Positions 1 through 10,828 of a stretch of DNA of 64,000 bases are shown here, one piece after another. Origin of the DNA: Pelagomonas calceolata. Its lineage: Eukaryota. The stretch is from assembly GCA_918797485.1 (NCBI GenBank), contig CAKKNE010000001.1, positions 1,426,001-1,490,000 on the forward strand, given 5' to 3'. The notes beneath the pieces are model-generated. The model was not told the origin of the DNA. It made no database searches and saw only the letters and a program-made list of their open reading frames with translations. A program made the position numbers and the translations under genes. Positions within the stretch are counted from its first letter, which is position 1. Each line of letters starts with the position of its first letter.

Positions 1-194
1 TATCGCTGCGGCTGTCCTGCAGCTGCCCTGCAGATATCTGCCGCGCGCGGCCGGCAGAGCGCTCGAGCTCGATCGCGCTCTCGCAGGGTTCGGGTTTTAC
101 GGGTTGTCGACGCCATCGAAGCGATTTCCTAAGTATATGTAGATGGAGAGCCAATTACCCAGCGTAGCTAGCTCTCGCCGCGGCGGCGCATCAC

Positions 195-1200
195 CTACTT
201 GCGGCCCGGGATGTACTTGGCGTTGCCCGCGCCGTCGCGAACGGTGGCGCTGCCCGGGCCCTGGTGGACGGTCTCGCCGCCTTTGTTCGTGGTCGACTGC
301 GACGCCGGGCCGGCGGACGTGTTAATCTGGAACTGGGAGGAGGGCTCTTCTTTGTCGGCCGCGTTCGCGGCCTCGACGGTCGTGGCCGTCGTCGAGTGCT
401 TGACGGCCTCTCCGGTGGACTCGCCCTCGCCCGAGTACTCGTTTTCCGTCGAGAGCGTCGTGCCCGAGGCGCAGCCGATGCCGACGCCCTCGCCGCCGGT
501 GCAGTCCGTGTTGGCTTGAGCCGCGACTTGAGCGTCGGGGAAGTAGTTGACGACGCCGGGCGTCGTGGCCGGCGCCGGGAGCGTCGTCGCGTTGCCGACC
601 TCGATCGTGGGGTCCGGCTCGCACTCCCACACCTGCGTGCACTTGCCTTGCGCCTCGCACCAGCCCCAGCCGCACGCCGAGCCGCCGCCGCAGCAGTCGT
701 GGTCGTCGTCGCCGGGGCCGCCGACGATCGGCGGGGTGTCGACCGGGACGCGCTCGCCGTTCTCCATGGTCGCGATCACCACCTCGAGGCCCTCGGCATC
801 GGGCTCAACTTGAGTAGGGGTGCCGCCTATGATGGTCCAGTAGGAGTCGAGCTGCGTCCCGCGGAGCCGCGGCGACCTGTGTGGAAATCAAAATTTTACG
901 GCGCGTTCGCCATCGACGCGACGCCTGCTCGATGGCGTGGCGATGCCGGTTCTTCGCCGCTCGACCGAGCCAGGTCGGCCGCGTCATCGCCGAGAAATGA
1001 CTTAGTGAAGAATTGTCGGGTGCACCCGACACACTGGTTGATTTCCACACAGGCGGCGACGGGCCCGGCCCGGCGACGGCGAAGAGCGCGCCGCCGGCGC
1101 AAAGGGCCAACGCGAGCACGATGCCGCGGGCGCGGCCATGCGTGACCGCGGCGGCGGGCGCCTCGGCCTCCACGGCGCCGTATTTCGACTGCTGAGACAT
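195..1200 (-). CDS. Hypothetical membrane-anchored or secreted Cys/Thr-rich protein, 2 exons (1061-1200, 195-876)
   Basis: Removing intron 877-1060 joins MSQQ...AGPG in frame to PSPRLRGTQLDSYW...VIATMENGE (ORF 195..782). N-terminal hydrophobic segment and a CGWGWCEAQGKCTQVWEC motif. Confidence 0.75.
877..1052. mobile_element. Introner (non-autonomous TIR element forming intron 877-1060 on the minus strand)
   Basis: Perfect 15-bp TIR ctgtgtggaaatcaa / ttgatttccacacag. Perfect 8-bp TSD gcggcgac at 869-876 and 1053-1060. Confidence 0.95.
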
Positions 1201-1389
1201 CTTGTGCTGATGTATCTAGTGAAAATCGAGCTTCACGCGCCTGCGTTTCGTCACAGCGGTCAAGTGCGCTGCGGAAAGTGAAGTCTGAGGGTCGCGACGA
1301 TCTCTTGTGGCGCTGGTGTCTCGACGTGGCTATTTTGCCCAGACGGGTACTTAATTTTCCCAGCACAAAACCCGCGACACATAGATCAC

Positions 1390-2674
1390 TTACACCCGCA
1401 CATACACCAGCAGTGCCGGAAGCTTCGGCTTCGCCGTGGCCAGCTCCCCGAGCAACCACTCGACGTCGCCGCTCCCGCGGTCGACAAAACGGTCGCGGAG
1501 CGTCCAGCGCGGCGGGTAGCGCAGGTCCACACTGGACGGAGGCGGCCGCGCGTAGGCCGTGTAGTGGTCGCCCTTGAAGCAGACGACGGCGACGCATTGA
1601 TACATGCCTTCCGAGCCGCCGCCGAAGGCCACCGCGGCGTCGAAGGGGAGCAGGGCGCCTCTGACGAGTTGCGCGATCGATGACGACGAGGGCGTCTCCA
1701 TCCAGGTCAGGTTCACGACTAACACCGGTGCCACGGTCTCCATCTCGCCGCCGACGGCGCACGCCCTCTCCCCGCAAGCGGTACCTGTGCGCAAATCAAC
1801 CAGTGCGTCGGGTGCGATGACGCGGCCGTGCTGGCTCCATGGAACAGTGAGGAACCGACAGCCGCCACGCCGTCGAGCAGGCGTCGCGTCGATAGCGTGG
1901 AGGTCATGATAAGCGCCATGAAATTTGATTTGTGCACAGAGCGGTACAAGAGACGGGTTCACTCGCCCGCGCCTCCCGGAACAAATCCGCAAACGTCTGT
2001 GGGGTCGACGCCGACTCCAGCAAATGTAGGATCGAAGCGGCGATCACGGGAAAGGCCCGCACGTCTCGCTTCTCATTCATCGCGCCCGCTCTAGAAGAAT
2101 CGCCGCACAAGAGACAAGGCTGCCGCACGAGCTGATACCCCACAGACGTGCAAGGACGGCTCCATTTTTCCAGATCAGACTCCAGCGCATCTAACAACAG
2201 CTCGAGCACTTCAGCGGCGTCCGCGTATGCGAAGGCCGCGGAGATGGCGCCGCCCCGCGTCGACAACGCCTGGCGCAGGGCCTCGTTTTGGGATGATGGT
2301 ATTTCGTTCTTTGATACTCCTTTCAGTACTTCTCGTAGAGCATCGGCGACGGGGCTCGAGCCCGTCGCTCGCTCGAACGCCTCCCGGAAGGCGCGCGCGG
2401 CGTACAGAGCCACACCCAAAGCCTCCAAGGAACAGTTGTTCTGCGCCGAGACGTCGGCGCCGCGCCTTGCGCTTGAAGCGTAGTCGGCGGCCTTGAAGGT
2501 CGTCGGTTGTTGTACGGCTTTCGGTTTTGTGGCTTGCTTCTCGGGCGGGCGCTCCTGGGTCAGCTTCGTCGCGAAGGACTTCTTCTTCTTCTTGCCGAAG
2601 AGGGATGGTTTCTTTTTGGGCTGCTCGGCTGGCTCGAGCGACGCCGCCGCGAGCTTGTCCTCGAGGCCCGACAT
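1390..2674 (-). CDS. Ubiquitin-specific protease (peptidase C19)-like, 2 exons
   Basis: Cys-box-like QNNCSLEAL and His-box-like FKGDHYTAYAR. Removing intron 1785-1947 gives VSCTACGERAC (CxxC). The ATG at 2674 is my chosen start. Confidence 0.7.
1785..1939. mobile_element. Introner (intron 1785-1947), opposite orientation to the copy at 877
   Basis: TIR ctgtgcgcaaatcaa / ttgatttgtgcacag (14/15). Perfect TSD agcggtac at 1777-1784 and 1940-1947. Confidence 0.95.
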
Positions 2675-2921
2675 TGGTCTTCGTTTCGGTGCGAGGATAC
2701 GTTGCGGAGTTCGGGCGCGCCGCGTCTCTCGCGGCGGCTCGCGCGATGGATGCGGCGACGGCGTAGGAGTGCTTGCTCTCACGCTCGCTGCAGCGTGCTC
2801 AGCGACGCTCAGCGATGCTCACCAGTTTGCGTGCGCTGCGATATCGATCACAACGATCCCTTGAGCACACTGGATCTCACTGGTAGCCTCTTGGCGTGTG
2901 TTTTGTGTGCTGCATCGAGTT

Positions 2922-2944
2922 GCTAGCGGTCTGTAAGACACTAG
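2922..2944. promoter_or_regulatory. Conserved intergenic CTAG-N-CTAG motif
   Basis: gctagcggtctgtaagacactag; near-identical copies at 10616, 38954, 41116, 46153, 58129. Confidence 0.55.
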
Positions 2945-3042
2945 CCTACGAGACGCGTCGCTGCGACGGCGTTGGCGTGGTATAGAAGTCACCGGCAACG
3001 GGAACTCCACGGGACTAATGGACGTTAGGAACCTAGACGCGT

Positions 3043-3606
3043 TCATGGCGGCGGCGGCGGCTCCACGGCCCCCACCTGACCCGGAGCAGAGGGCGGCACC
3101 TCAGGTACTGGCGACGCCGGCGGCGTCGGCTTCTCCGAAGCCTTGGTAGATACAAAGACCTTGCGCATGTCGTAGGCGTCCTCGCCGTCCGCGTAGTAGC
3201 CTCTCTCCACATCCCTAATCTCATAATCCAGCGTCTGGGAATATAAATGGAACGCCGCTCGGTTCGACTTCCGCACATGCAAGGCCACGTGGTGCGCGTC
3301 GAACGATTCCGTCATCCGGTTGTGGCTGGCGGTCATGAGCTTCGTCGCCAGGCCGCACTTCCGGTGGGTGCGTAGTACGGACAGAGACGTAATGTGGCCG
3401 TGGGGGGGCGTGTCTTCCTCCTCCATCTTGGCCAAAACGTATCCTACGACCTTGCCCTTATGGTCCTCCGCCACTTGGAGGAGTTGGGGCCAACTTAGTA
3501 CATGATAGAAGTAGTACTTGAGGTTGTAGTTCTCCGGTAAGCACCACAAATTTGTTTGTTGCATATTCAATAAGTCAAAAACGGTGGCTTCCCTTACGGA
3601 GAGCAT
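3043..3606 (-). CDS. NAA10: N-alpha-acetyltransferase 10 (NatA catalytic subunit, ARD1)
   Basis: [60 protein letters not shown]. Confidence 0.96.
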   Translation of the reverse strand: MLSVREATVFDLLNMQQTNLWCLPENYNLKYYFYHVLSWPQLLQVAEDHKGKVVGYVLAKMEEEDTPPHGHITSLSVLRTHRKCGLATKLMTASHNRMTESFDAHHVALHVRKSNRAAFHLYSQTLDYEIRDVERGYYADGEDAYDMRKVFVSTKASEKPTPPASPVPEVPPSAPGQVGAVEPPPPP

Positions 3607-4217
3607 CTTGTCGGTCGCTTTCCGATCGCTTCGGCGTTACGAAGCTTGATCTATCGATTGCGCTTCAGGCTGCGGCAAGGCGTCGGCGGCGACGCCTCCG
3701 GGCCTCTCCGGCCGTCCGCGGCGCTCGCGCGCGGCTAAAATCCGTCAGCGAGGCGCCCAGCCTTTAGCAAGCTTGGCGCTGCCACAGCGATGGGCGTAGC
3801 CTCACCACCGCTAGCAAGCGGGTCGGCGCTGACCCTGCGCAAGCTCACACGTGGCCTATGCTACCAGCTAGTGCACACGCCACCGCGCCAGACGAGTATT
3901 TTGTGGAAATCTAGCACGTCTATGAACTAGCTAACTCTCGGACGCGACGTATACGCACGGCGGCGCGAACGAGCGCATCGAGGCGCAATTCTCGTCAACA
4001 GATTTGGCCACAGCGACAAATCGCTCGGTGTGCCAGCTGAGCTCTACAGCGTGGCCAGCAAGGCCTGGTGCATCATCGCTGCACAAACGCACGACGCACG
4101 CGACGCCTTCATTCGCGAGCGCACGGTTCGCAGTGGTCGTCTAACGACCAGCAAGACCAGCACGCAGCCTTGCAAAAGCCAACTCACAGCCGTCTCAGCC
4201 GGTAGCACTCGGTAACC

Positions 4218-5234
4218 ATGGTCCCCGCCCTCACGCAACCAACAAGATCTTATATAGACGGCACGCCGACGCAGCGGCGACTAGGGTTTGTCGCCGCATC
4301 CATCTTCAGCGCTACTTATGTGATCGCGCCCGTCTACTTACTTATCACGGGCGTCACGCTCGTCCGAGCGAAAAGGCCGCTGTCCAGAGACGTGTGGCTC
4401 CTCACCCTACCTCTGATAGCCTCGGCCCTCATCCCGGCCAAGATCCTGCCCAAGTTCGGCCGCTGGCTCCTCCAGACGAAATTCATGGCCTGCGTGCCGT
4501 ACTATTTTGAATACGAAGAATATCACGAGATCACGGACCAAGAAGTCCTGAAGCTCCACGAGGAGGGCAAGCGCGTGATTGGGTGCATGCACCCGCACGG
4601 CGTGTTTCCCTTTGTAAGCGTGTGTGCGGTCACGTCGACGCTCCAAGCTAAAGATGGCTTCGGGGACGGCATCCTCGACCTCCCGACGGCCGTCGCCAAC
4701 GTGATCCGGACGATGCCCATCCTGAAGGACGTGGTGGGGGTCTTCGGCTGCATCGACGCCTCCGGCTCGTACTTGAAGTCGCGACTCCAGCGGAGGAAGG
4801 GCTCCGTGGTCCTCTACGTCGGCGGCATGGTCGAGCTCTTCTACGCGTCTCCTAAAAAAGAGACGGTCTTCCTCAAGCAGCGCAAGGGCTTCGTCAAGCT
4901 CGCGTTACGCACTGGAGCCGACCTCGTACCCGTGTACTTATTTGGCAACACCACTTCACTAGAGGCTTTAAAATGGCCCATCCTCGCCAAAATCTCGCGG
5001 AAGACGGGCGTGTCCTTCACGCTGTTCTGGGGGCGGTGGTTTTTACCATTGCCAAAAAAAGTGAAGCTGACCTACGCGCGCGGCCGGCCTTTAGGGTTAC
5101 CTCATATTGAGAACCCCACCGATGCCGATGTCGAAAAGTACCACGCGTTGTACGTCCAAAAGCTCGTGGAGCTCTTCGACCGGTACAAGAAGTTCAATCC
5201 CGACTACGCGGATAAACAGCTGGCGGTGGAGTGA
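4218..5234 (+). CDS. DGAT2: Diacylglycerol O-acyltransferase 2 / MGAT family
   Basis: YF, HPHG, VGGMVE, RKGFVKLA and VPVYLFG motifs of the DAGAT family. Confidence 0.9.
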   Translation: MVPALTQPTRSYIDGTPTQRRLGFVAASIFSATYVIAPVYLLITGVTLVRAKRPLSRDVWLLTLPLIASALIPAKILPKFGRWLLQTKFMACVPYYFEYEEYHEITDQEVLKLHEEGKRVIGCMHPHGVFPFVSVCAVTSTLQAKDGFGDGILDLPTAVANVIRTMPILKDVVGVFGCIDASGSYLKSRLQRRKGSVVLYVGGMVELFYASPKKETVFLKQRKGFVKLALRTGADLVPVYLFGNTTSLEALKWPILAKISRKTGVSFTLFWGRWFLPLPKKVKLTYARGRPLGLPHIENPTDADVEKYHALYVQKLVELFDRYKKFNPDYADKQLAVE

Positions 5235-5361
5235 TAATAAGTATTAATTCATTTAGGAGCCTTGCTCTCCCTCTGTGGGGGACTTGTCGCGTCGATGGCG
5301 TATGGGTGGCTTATCTGAAAGGGTGAGCCTGTACTATCGGGACGGGTTTCCCAGGTAAATT

Positions 5362-5721
5362 TTGCTAATGCAGCGGCCCTTAGCAGCCAGCAACTACGCG
5401 GCGTCCCTCAAGGACCTATCGCGCTTCGAAGAAGTCAAGTCGGTGCTGCGCAAAACGATGCCCGTGGCGCGGCGCGTCCTCGGAGACGGTCATGACATCA
5501 CGCTCAGGATGAGGGGGTGTTACGGGGAGACGCTCTACACGGACAACGGCGCCACGCTCGACGATCTCCGCGAGGCAGTGACGACGCTCGAGGAGATAGA
5601 ACGGATCGCGCGGCGCGTGCTCGGCGGCGCGCATCCGCTCACAGTGGATATTGAGGGCGATTTGCAAGGCGCGCGAGCCGTGCTCCGCGCCCGCGAACGA
5701 CTGGCTAGCCCGAGTGCGTAA
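5362..5721 (+). pseudogene. C-terminal fragment of a TPR-like repeat protein (ARRVLGxxHxxT repeats)
   Basis: Two ARRVLG..H..T helical repeats. No convincing N-terminus; preceded by an introner-core fragment at ~5286-5301. Confidence 0.55.
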
Positions 5722-5789
5722 GGGAGTATCCCACCACCACGCCACCGCCGCGAAACAATTAAACGAACCCACCAATTTACGCCACCCCT

Positions 5790-6557
5790 CTAGACCTGGG
5801 ACCGCTTCGCGAGCTCCTCGGCCAACGCCTTCTCGCGCTTCTCCAACTTCCGCTGCGTCTTCAAACCCATGATGCCGCCGCCCCAGGGGTGGCGCGTCAC
5901 GTCGTTGTACATGGCCTTGAAGGTGCTCTTGAGCTGGTCTAGGCTGTGTTGGTCCTCCTTGCGGACGGACGTGAACGCGACGGCGGCGCACGTTTTTTGG
6001 CGCGTCACGGTCCCCAATCGAGACTTGTCCTTGACGATGCAGTAGGGCACGTCCATCTTCTTGCACAAAGCGGGTAACCAGACCACGAGCTCGACGGGGT
6101 CCACATCCGACGCGATGCACACGAGCTTCGCTTTCTTCGACTCAATTAAATAGGTAACATGCTTCAACCCGAACTTGATGACGTGCGGCGCCTTGTCGTC
6201 CTTCTTGCCGCCCTCGGCGATCGCCTTCAAACGGTCGGCCTTCGCGGCCTTGTCCTCGGGCTGGTACTTCATGCACAATTTTAAGAGTTCCGTGGCCTGG
6301 TTCTTGTCGAGCGTCGTCTTGAACTGCTGCAACGCGGGCGGGATCTTGAGGCGCTCCTTCAGGATCTTGCGCTGGCGCTGGAGGCGGACATATCTGGGCC
6401 ACTTGACGAACCTCGACAGGTCGCGCGTCGGCCGGATGTCGCCGCCGACGCGGAAGTTCCGCGGCGTCGCCTGGAAGAGGGGGTCCTGGCGCTTCTCGGG
6501 CGCCGGGGCCGGCTTCTTCTTCTCGGGCTCCTTCTTGGAGCTCTTCTTGGACGGCAT
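5790..6557 (-). CDS. RPL7A: 60S ribosomal protein L7a (eL8)
   Basis: RDLSRFVKWPRYVRLQRQ, IASDVDPVELVVWLPALC, WGGGIMGLK. A probable 5'-UTR intron acceptor lies at 6567. Confidence 0.97.
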   Translation of the reverse strand: MPSKKSSKKEPEKKKPAPAPEKRQDPLFQATPRNFRVGGDIRPTRDLSRFVKWPRYVRLQRQRKILKERLKIPPALQQFKTTLDKNQATELLKLCMKYQPEDKAAKADRLKAIAEGGKKDDKAPHVIKFGLKHVTYLIESKKAKLVCIASDVDPVELVVWLPALCKKMDVPYCIVKDKSRLGTVTRQKTCAAVAFTSVRKEDQHSLDQLKSTFKAMYNDVTRHPWGGGIMGLKTQRKLEKREKALAEELAKRSQV

Positions 6558-7338
6558 GGTCGCGACCTGCGTTGCGGGATTGGTGAGTGCTCGCCCTCGC
6601 GGCGGCGTGCTCTCGTGCCTCGCGTCGGCGCGTCGGCCTCGGCGCTTTCGTGTCTCTTCGCGAGCCGCGGCGACGGCGTGCGGCAGCACCGCTCGCTCTG
6701 GCTGCGGCGGCGCTCGCCGGCGGCGCTTCGCACAGCTGCGAGCTCCCGCGGCGGCGGCGTGCTCGCCGGCGCACCGGTGCTGCAGAGGGCGAACTTTTTC
6801 GCTATGCGTCGCGGCGCACCGCTTGCTTCGCTTGCCTCGCTTAGGTGCTGCTTGCACGCAGGCGAGCTCTAGCGAGCGGCCGCGGCGTCGCAAGTTCACA
6901 GCCTCTCTGCTGCTCGTGACGTCTCAGCCGTCCGTCAGTCCTATTTCAACGCTGTAGTGTGCCGTCGCTCAAGCAAATTAGCCGTGCCGTCTCCAGTCCA
7001 GCCGGCGATCGAGGCTGATTACAGCCCTATGAATCGCGCCCGTGGAGACGTTTCCCGCCGCAGAGGAGCGCTGTAAGACCACTCGGCGCACCCTTGGAGC
7101 AATCCCCAAAATTCGTGCGGGTTGCTTCAATGAACACACTACTTTTCCCCTCCGTCAGCCCTTCGCGGTTGTGAACCACGCGTTGGACGACGCAACGCTG
7201 GGCACATGAGTCTGTTTTGTTGGTAGTTATACGGGAAGAGGGGAGGGCGGGAGGGTCGGGGGGCGCCCGGGGACTCCCATCCCGCTGCACGGCGCGCGGC
7301 GCGCGGGATAATAGCAGGGTCTGCAAAGACAATAAATA

Positions 7339-9222
7339 TTAAGCACACATAGCATCATGCAACGCGAACAAGACGGAAGCGTCCAGCGCCGCGTACGCGA
7401 CCTGCGCGTGCGACAGCGGCCGCCGCTCCCAGTCCGAGCACTGCTCGGACTTGTCGAGGCGCTGGCCGAGCCACGTCGCGCAGGCGTCCCGGAGCCCTAC
7501 GTGGCCCGCCCGCTGCAGGTCCACGACGAGCCGCCGCGGGCGGCCGGCGGCGGCGGGCAGCAGCGCCTCGAGGCGGACGCGGTCGTGCTCGAACGCGAAG
7601 CCAAGGAGGGGACCCTCGCCGTAGAGAAGCCCCTCGACGAAGCGTCCGAGGGCATCGGTCCGGCGGAGCGTCAGCGCGTCGACGAGGTAGACGCGCTCGC
7701 CGACCGCGGCCTGAATCAGCGCCGGCGGCGCCGCGGGGTCATCGTCGCCGGATTGGCCCCATTCCGTGTCGACGGCCACGCGGCTCGCCGCGGCGACCGC
7801 CGCGCCCGCGGCGTCCAACGAAGCTGCGTCGCCGACCCAGACCACGGAACTGGTAGGGACCGGTTCGAGCGGCGGCAGCGACGCGTAAGCGACGACCGGC
7901 GCGCTCTTCGCGACGGGCGGCGGCTCGGGCGCCCCTATGGCGGCGCTGTACTTGGCGCCGACGCCCAGGGTGACCGCGAGCGCATCGATAGCGTCGAGCC
8001 CGTCGCCTCCGGGCAGGCAGGCGACGCCCCACGCGCGCGCGTGGACCAGCGAGTCGACCGTCGCGCCGCCCTCGCTCTTCCGCCGGCGCCTCGACGCCGC
8101 TAATACGCCATAGACACCGAGGGCCTCGCCCGCGTGGAGGCGTCGGCCGAGCGCCTCGAGTGCGATCTTCCAAAGCTCCGTCGCGCATGTGGGCTCAGAA
8201 GCACCGCCGCGGGCGTAGAGCTCCAGCGCCGTCGCGTAGGACTGGGGATCCGCCCGAGCGAAGTCGACGAGGGCCGCCGGCTCGAATACCGCGCCACCGC
8301 CGAGCAGCGCCTCCAACACCAATCGTATCGGCCGCCGGTCCCGCGTCGGGAGCGCGCGGCCCAGCGCGCCGTCGGCGCAGGCGCGGAGCAGCGTTGGCGC
8401 GTCGCGCGCCGCGGCGTCGACCAGCGCGGGGCCGAGCACGCGCTTGGACGCGTCGCGCACCGGCGTCGGCCGCGACGCGGCCGCGGCCGCGCACGCCGAC
8501 AGAACGAGCGCCCGCGACAGCGACGCCGCGTCCTCCGCCGCGCGGCAGCGCTCGCTCGTCGCCGCGGTCTCGGCCGCGAGCGCCGCCTCGCGCCGGTCCG
8601 CCTCGTTCGAGGCGTCGTCCGGAAATGCCTCCCCGAGCTTCGCGCGGCAGACGGCGCAGGTCTTGGCATGTTCTGCCTGGGCGGCGAGCGCGTCCGGGTC
8701 GTCGACGAAGGAGCGCCACGGGCCACCCGTCGCCTCGGCGTGCTCGAGCAGCGCCACGACCTCGGGCGACGCGCGCCCGCGCGCCATGTCCAGCGCCGTG
8801 TCGCCCGTCACTGTACGAACGCACGCCGACGCGCCGGCGTGCAGCAGCGTCACGATCGTGGCGTCGCGGCCGCGGCCCGCGGCGAAGATCAACGCGGTGT
8901 GGCCGCGGCGCGTCGTCGTGTCGACGTTTGCACCGCGTCGTAAAAGCTCCTCGACGACCGCGGCCGTCGGTCGGAACTGCGCCGCGAGCATGAGCGCCGT
9001 CTTGCCGTTCGCATTGCCCCCGTCGATCGATGCGGCCGGGCACGCGCGCACGAGAGCGATGCACGACTCGTCGTCGCAGCGACGCGCCTGCGAGACTGCT
9101 TTGCGCAGCTCTCGACTCGAGATTGGTTGCGTTGGCTGCATTGGTTGCATTCGCGTTGGGTGCATTGCTGCCGTGAGCGCAGCCATGCACCACAGCAGCG
9201 CGTTGAGGCTACGATATCGCAT
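7339..9222 (-). CDS. Ankyrin-repeat plus DEDDy 3'-5' exonuclease (mut-7/EXD3-like) protein
   Basis: GKTALMLAA, GHTALIFAA and GDTALDMA ankyrin repeats. ExoI VAVDTEW, ExoII FAFEHD, ExoIII LDKSEQCSDWERRPLSHAQVAYAALDA. Confidence 0.85.
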   Translation of the reverse strand: MRYRSLNALLWCMAALTAAMHPTRMQPMQPTQPISSRELRKAVSQARRCDDESCIALVRACPAASIDGGNANGKTALMLAAQFRPTAAVVEELLRRGANVDTTTRRGHTALIFAAGRGRDATIVTLLHAGASACVRTVTGDTALDMARGRASPEVVALLEHAEATGGPWRSFVDDPDALAAQAEHAKTCAVCRAKLGEAFPDDASNEADRREAALAAETAATSERCRAAEDAASLSRALVLSACAAAAASRPTPVRDASKRVLGPALVDAAARDAPTLLRACADGALGRALPTRDRRPIRLVLEALLGGGAVFEPAALVDFARADPQSYATALELYARGGASEPTCATELWKIALEALGRRLHAGEALGVYGVLAASRRRRKSEGGATVDSLVHARAWGVACLPGGDGLDAIDALAVTLGVGAKYSAAIGAPEPPPVAKSAPVVAYASLPPLEPVPTSSVVWVGDAASLDAAGAAVAAASRVAVDTEWGQSGDDDPAAPPALIQAAVGERVYLVDALTLRRTDALGRFVEGLLYGEGPLLGFAFEHDRVRLEALLPAAAGRPRRLVVDLQRAGHVGLRDACATWLGQRLDKSEQCSDWERRPLSHAQVAYAALDASVLFALHDAMCA

Positions 9223-9270
9223 TCATGTGGTGAGAGTCAGACTGATGGTCTCAGTCAGATCGTATTCGGG

Positions 9271-9291
9271 GCTAGCGGCCAGGGACACTAG
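9271..9291. promoter_or_regulatory. CTAG-N-CTAG motif (variant)
   Basis: gctagcggccagggacactag, ~50 bp upstream of the 9222 ATG. Confidence 0.45.
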
Positions 9292-9389
9292 CAAATTTAC
9301 GAGCTCGTACCAGAGGCCGCCCACTAGCACTAGCACCGCAACAGATAGCCAAACTAACATTTAATTATTAGTCAACGACACATCCAACA

Positions 9390-10469
9390 CTAATCGTCGT
9401 GCGAGGACACCGACGACGACGACGACGACGACGAGTCGGACTCGTCCGACGAGTCAGACTCGGAGTCAGAATCCGAGTGCGACTCTGGAATCGGCGTCTT
9501 CACCACCAGGAACGTCGCGATGACCTTGACCAGATTTCTATCGAATAGCACGCGGCGTCGCGCCGAGCCCGCGTGCTCCTCGCGCTGCCCCGCGACGACG
9601 CAGCGCGCGAGGAAGAGCAGGTCGAAGGCGGCGTTGATATGCGCCGCGTGCACGTCGCGTGTGCGTTCTTCGAGGACCATGCTGTAGCGAGTGCGTGCCA
9701 TCGTCACCGGCGCCATAAGCTGGTATCGTCGTGCTAGCACATTATCTTTGTCATGCACCTCTACGCGTCGTTCCACGTCGGCGCCCCGCGCGAGTAATAA
9801 TCGAACGACAGCAGGCATTGCATTGTCTAATGCAGAGACCAGCGGTGTCGATCGGCCATGGTCCTTGAGCTCGATGTCAGCACCTCGGTCCAGCAGCAGG
9901 CGCGCGGCGTCGACATGTCCGTGCGCGCACGCCGTCCCGAGTGGAGTCCCACCGTAACGCCATCTAGGTCTCGCAGTTCTGACGAGGCCGGTCGATGCGC
10001 CGTGATCGAGCAAAATGCGAATCACCTCGACGTGGTTATAGGACGCTGCGGCACACATCGGCGTCTCCCACTCGTCTACTCGCATTTTCTCATCGGGGTC
10101 GACACCGTGATCTAGCAGCAGGCGCACCACGGCGCAGACGCCTGAGCCGCACGCGAGTTGCAGAGGAGTGTCTCCGTCGCCTTCGAGCGTCGGGTCGGCA
10201 CCATGCTCCAGCAACAACCTCATAATTTCCACATTGTTCTGCGCGAGAGTCAGCATCGAATGAGTCTCCTCAGGCATGTCACTATCACTATCACTATCAG
10301 AAGAGGGATCCGTACGGAAGGGAAATACGCCGTCGGTGATCCCCTGTTGGTTCTGGCGCCCTCGTAGCAACCGCCGCACCTCGTCGAAGTCTCCTTCGAA
10401 CACAGCCACTTTTAATCGCTCTTTTTTAATATGTCGCGCCAGCGCTGCCCCTCTTAAAGCCTTCACCAT
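9390..10469 (-). CDS. Ankyrin-repeat protein with Ser/Asp-rich tail
   Basis: Repeated TPLxxA...VVRLLLDHGAD units. Confidence 0.85.
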   Translation of the reverse strand: MVKALRGAALARHIKKERLKVAVFEGDFDEVRRLLRGRQNQQGITDGVFPFRTDPSSDSDSDSDMPEETHSMLTLAQNNVEIMRLLLEHGADPTLEGDGDTPLQLACGSGVCAVVRLLLDHGVDPDEKMRVDEWETPMCAAASYNHVEVIRILLDHGASTGLVRTARPRWRYGGTPLGTACAHGHVDAARLLLDRGADIELKDHGRSTPLVSALDNAMPAVVRLLLARGADVERRVEVHDKDNVLARRYQLMAPVTMARTRYSMVLEERTRDVHAAHINAAFDLLFLARCVVAGQREEHAGSARRRVLFDRNLVKVIATFLVVKTPIPESHSDSDSESDSSDESDSSSSSSSSVSSHDD

Positions 10470-10615
10470 GACACCAATCTAGATAGCAACAGCTGGAGAG
10501 GCAAACTCGTGCAGTTCTAGGCGAAGGAGTCGCGCTGCGGCCACTGTGGGAGCAAGCGCCAGCCCCCACTGGGCCGTGTGAGCCGATCGCGCTGGAGTGC
10601 GGCCCGGCCGTGGTT

Positions 10616-10638
10616 GCTAGCGGCACGTAAGACACTAG
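10616..10638. promoter_or_regulatory. CTAG-N-CTAG motif
   Basis: gctagcggcacgtaagacactag, ~150 bp upstream of the 10469 ATG. Confidence 0.55.
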
Positions 10639-10705
10639 CAAAAAGTCCATGTGACTCAGCCCTTGCGTCCTAGTCCAGCCGGACGGGTGGGCCCGGGGGG
10701 AGCGG

Positions 10706-10766
10706 GAGGGGTACGGGGAACCCTGCGACGTAACTAGCCTCAGCCTAAACTAGCCTCAGCCTAAAC
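10706..10766. repeat. Dispersed ~41-bp repeat ending in short tandem repeats
   Basis: gaggggtacggggaaccctgcgacgtaactagcctcagcct, near-identical to 38986-39027; 16-bp tandem aactagcctcagccta x2. Confidence 0.8.
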
Positions 10767-10828
10767 ACCTGGGGCAAAAAAATACCACAACGTCGTTAAA
10801 TAATAAACCCCAAGACCCCAAGAGCAGC

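Noticed and set aside
805..1200. Recurrent peptides such as HPTHWLISTQ, VWKSTSVSGAP and HAIEQASRRWRG in unrelated ORFs, suggesting a protein family
   Set aside because: They are translations of introner DNA, not protein domains.
264..1777. Long Arg/Ala/Gly-rich ORFs overlapping real genes (e.g. 264..1145, 896..1777, and many like them throughout)
   Set aside because: Shadow ORFs caused by high GC and codon bias on antisense or alternative frames; no domain motifs.
5790..6899. N-terminally extended RPL7A (369 aa)
   Set aside because: The extension starts at a non-ATG codon and runs through a probable 5'-UTR intron; homology begins at the ATG at 6557.
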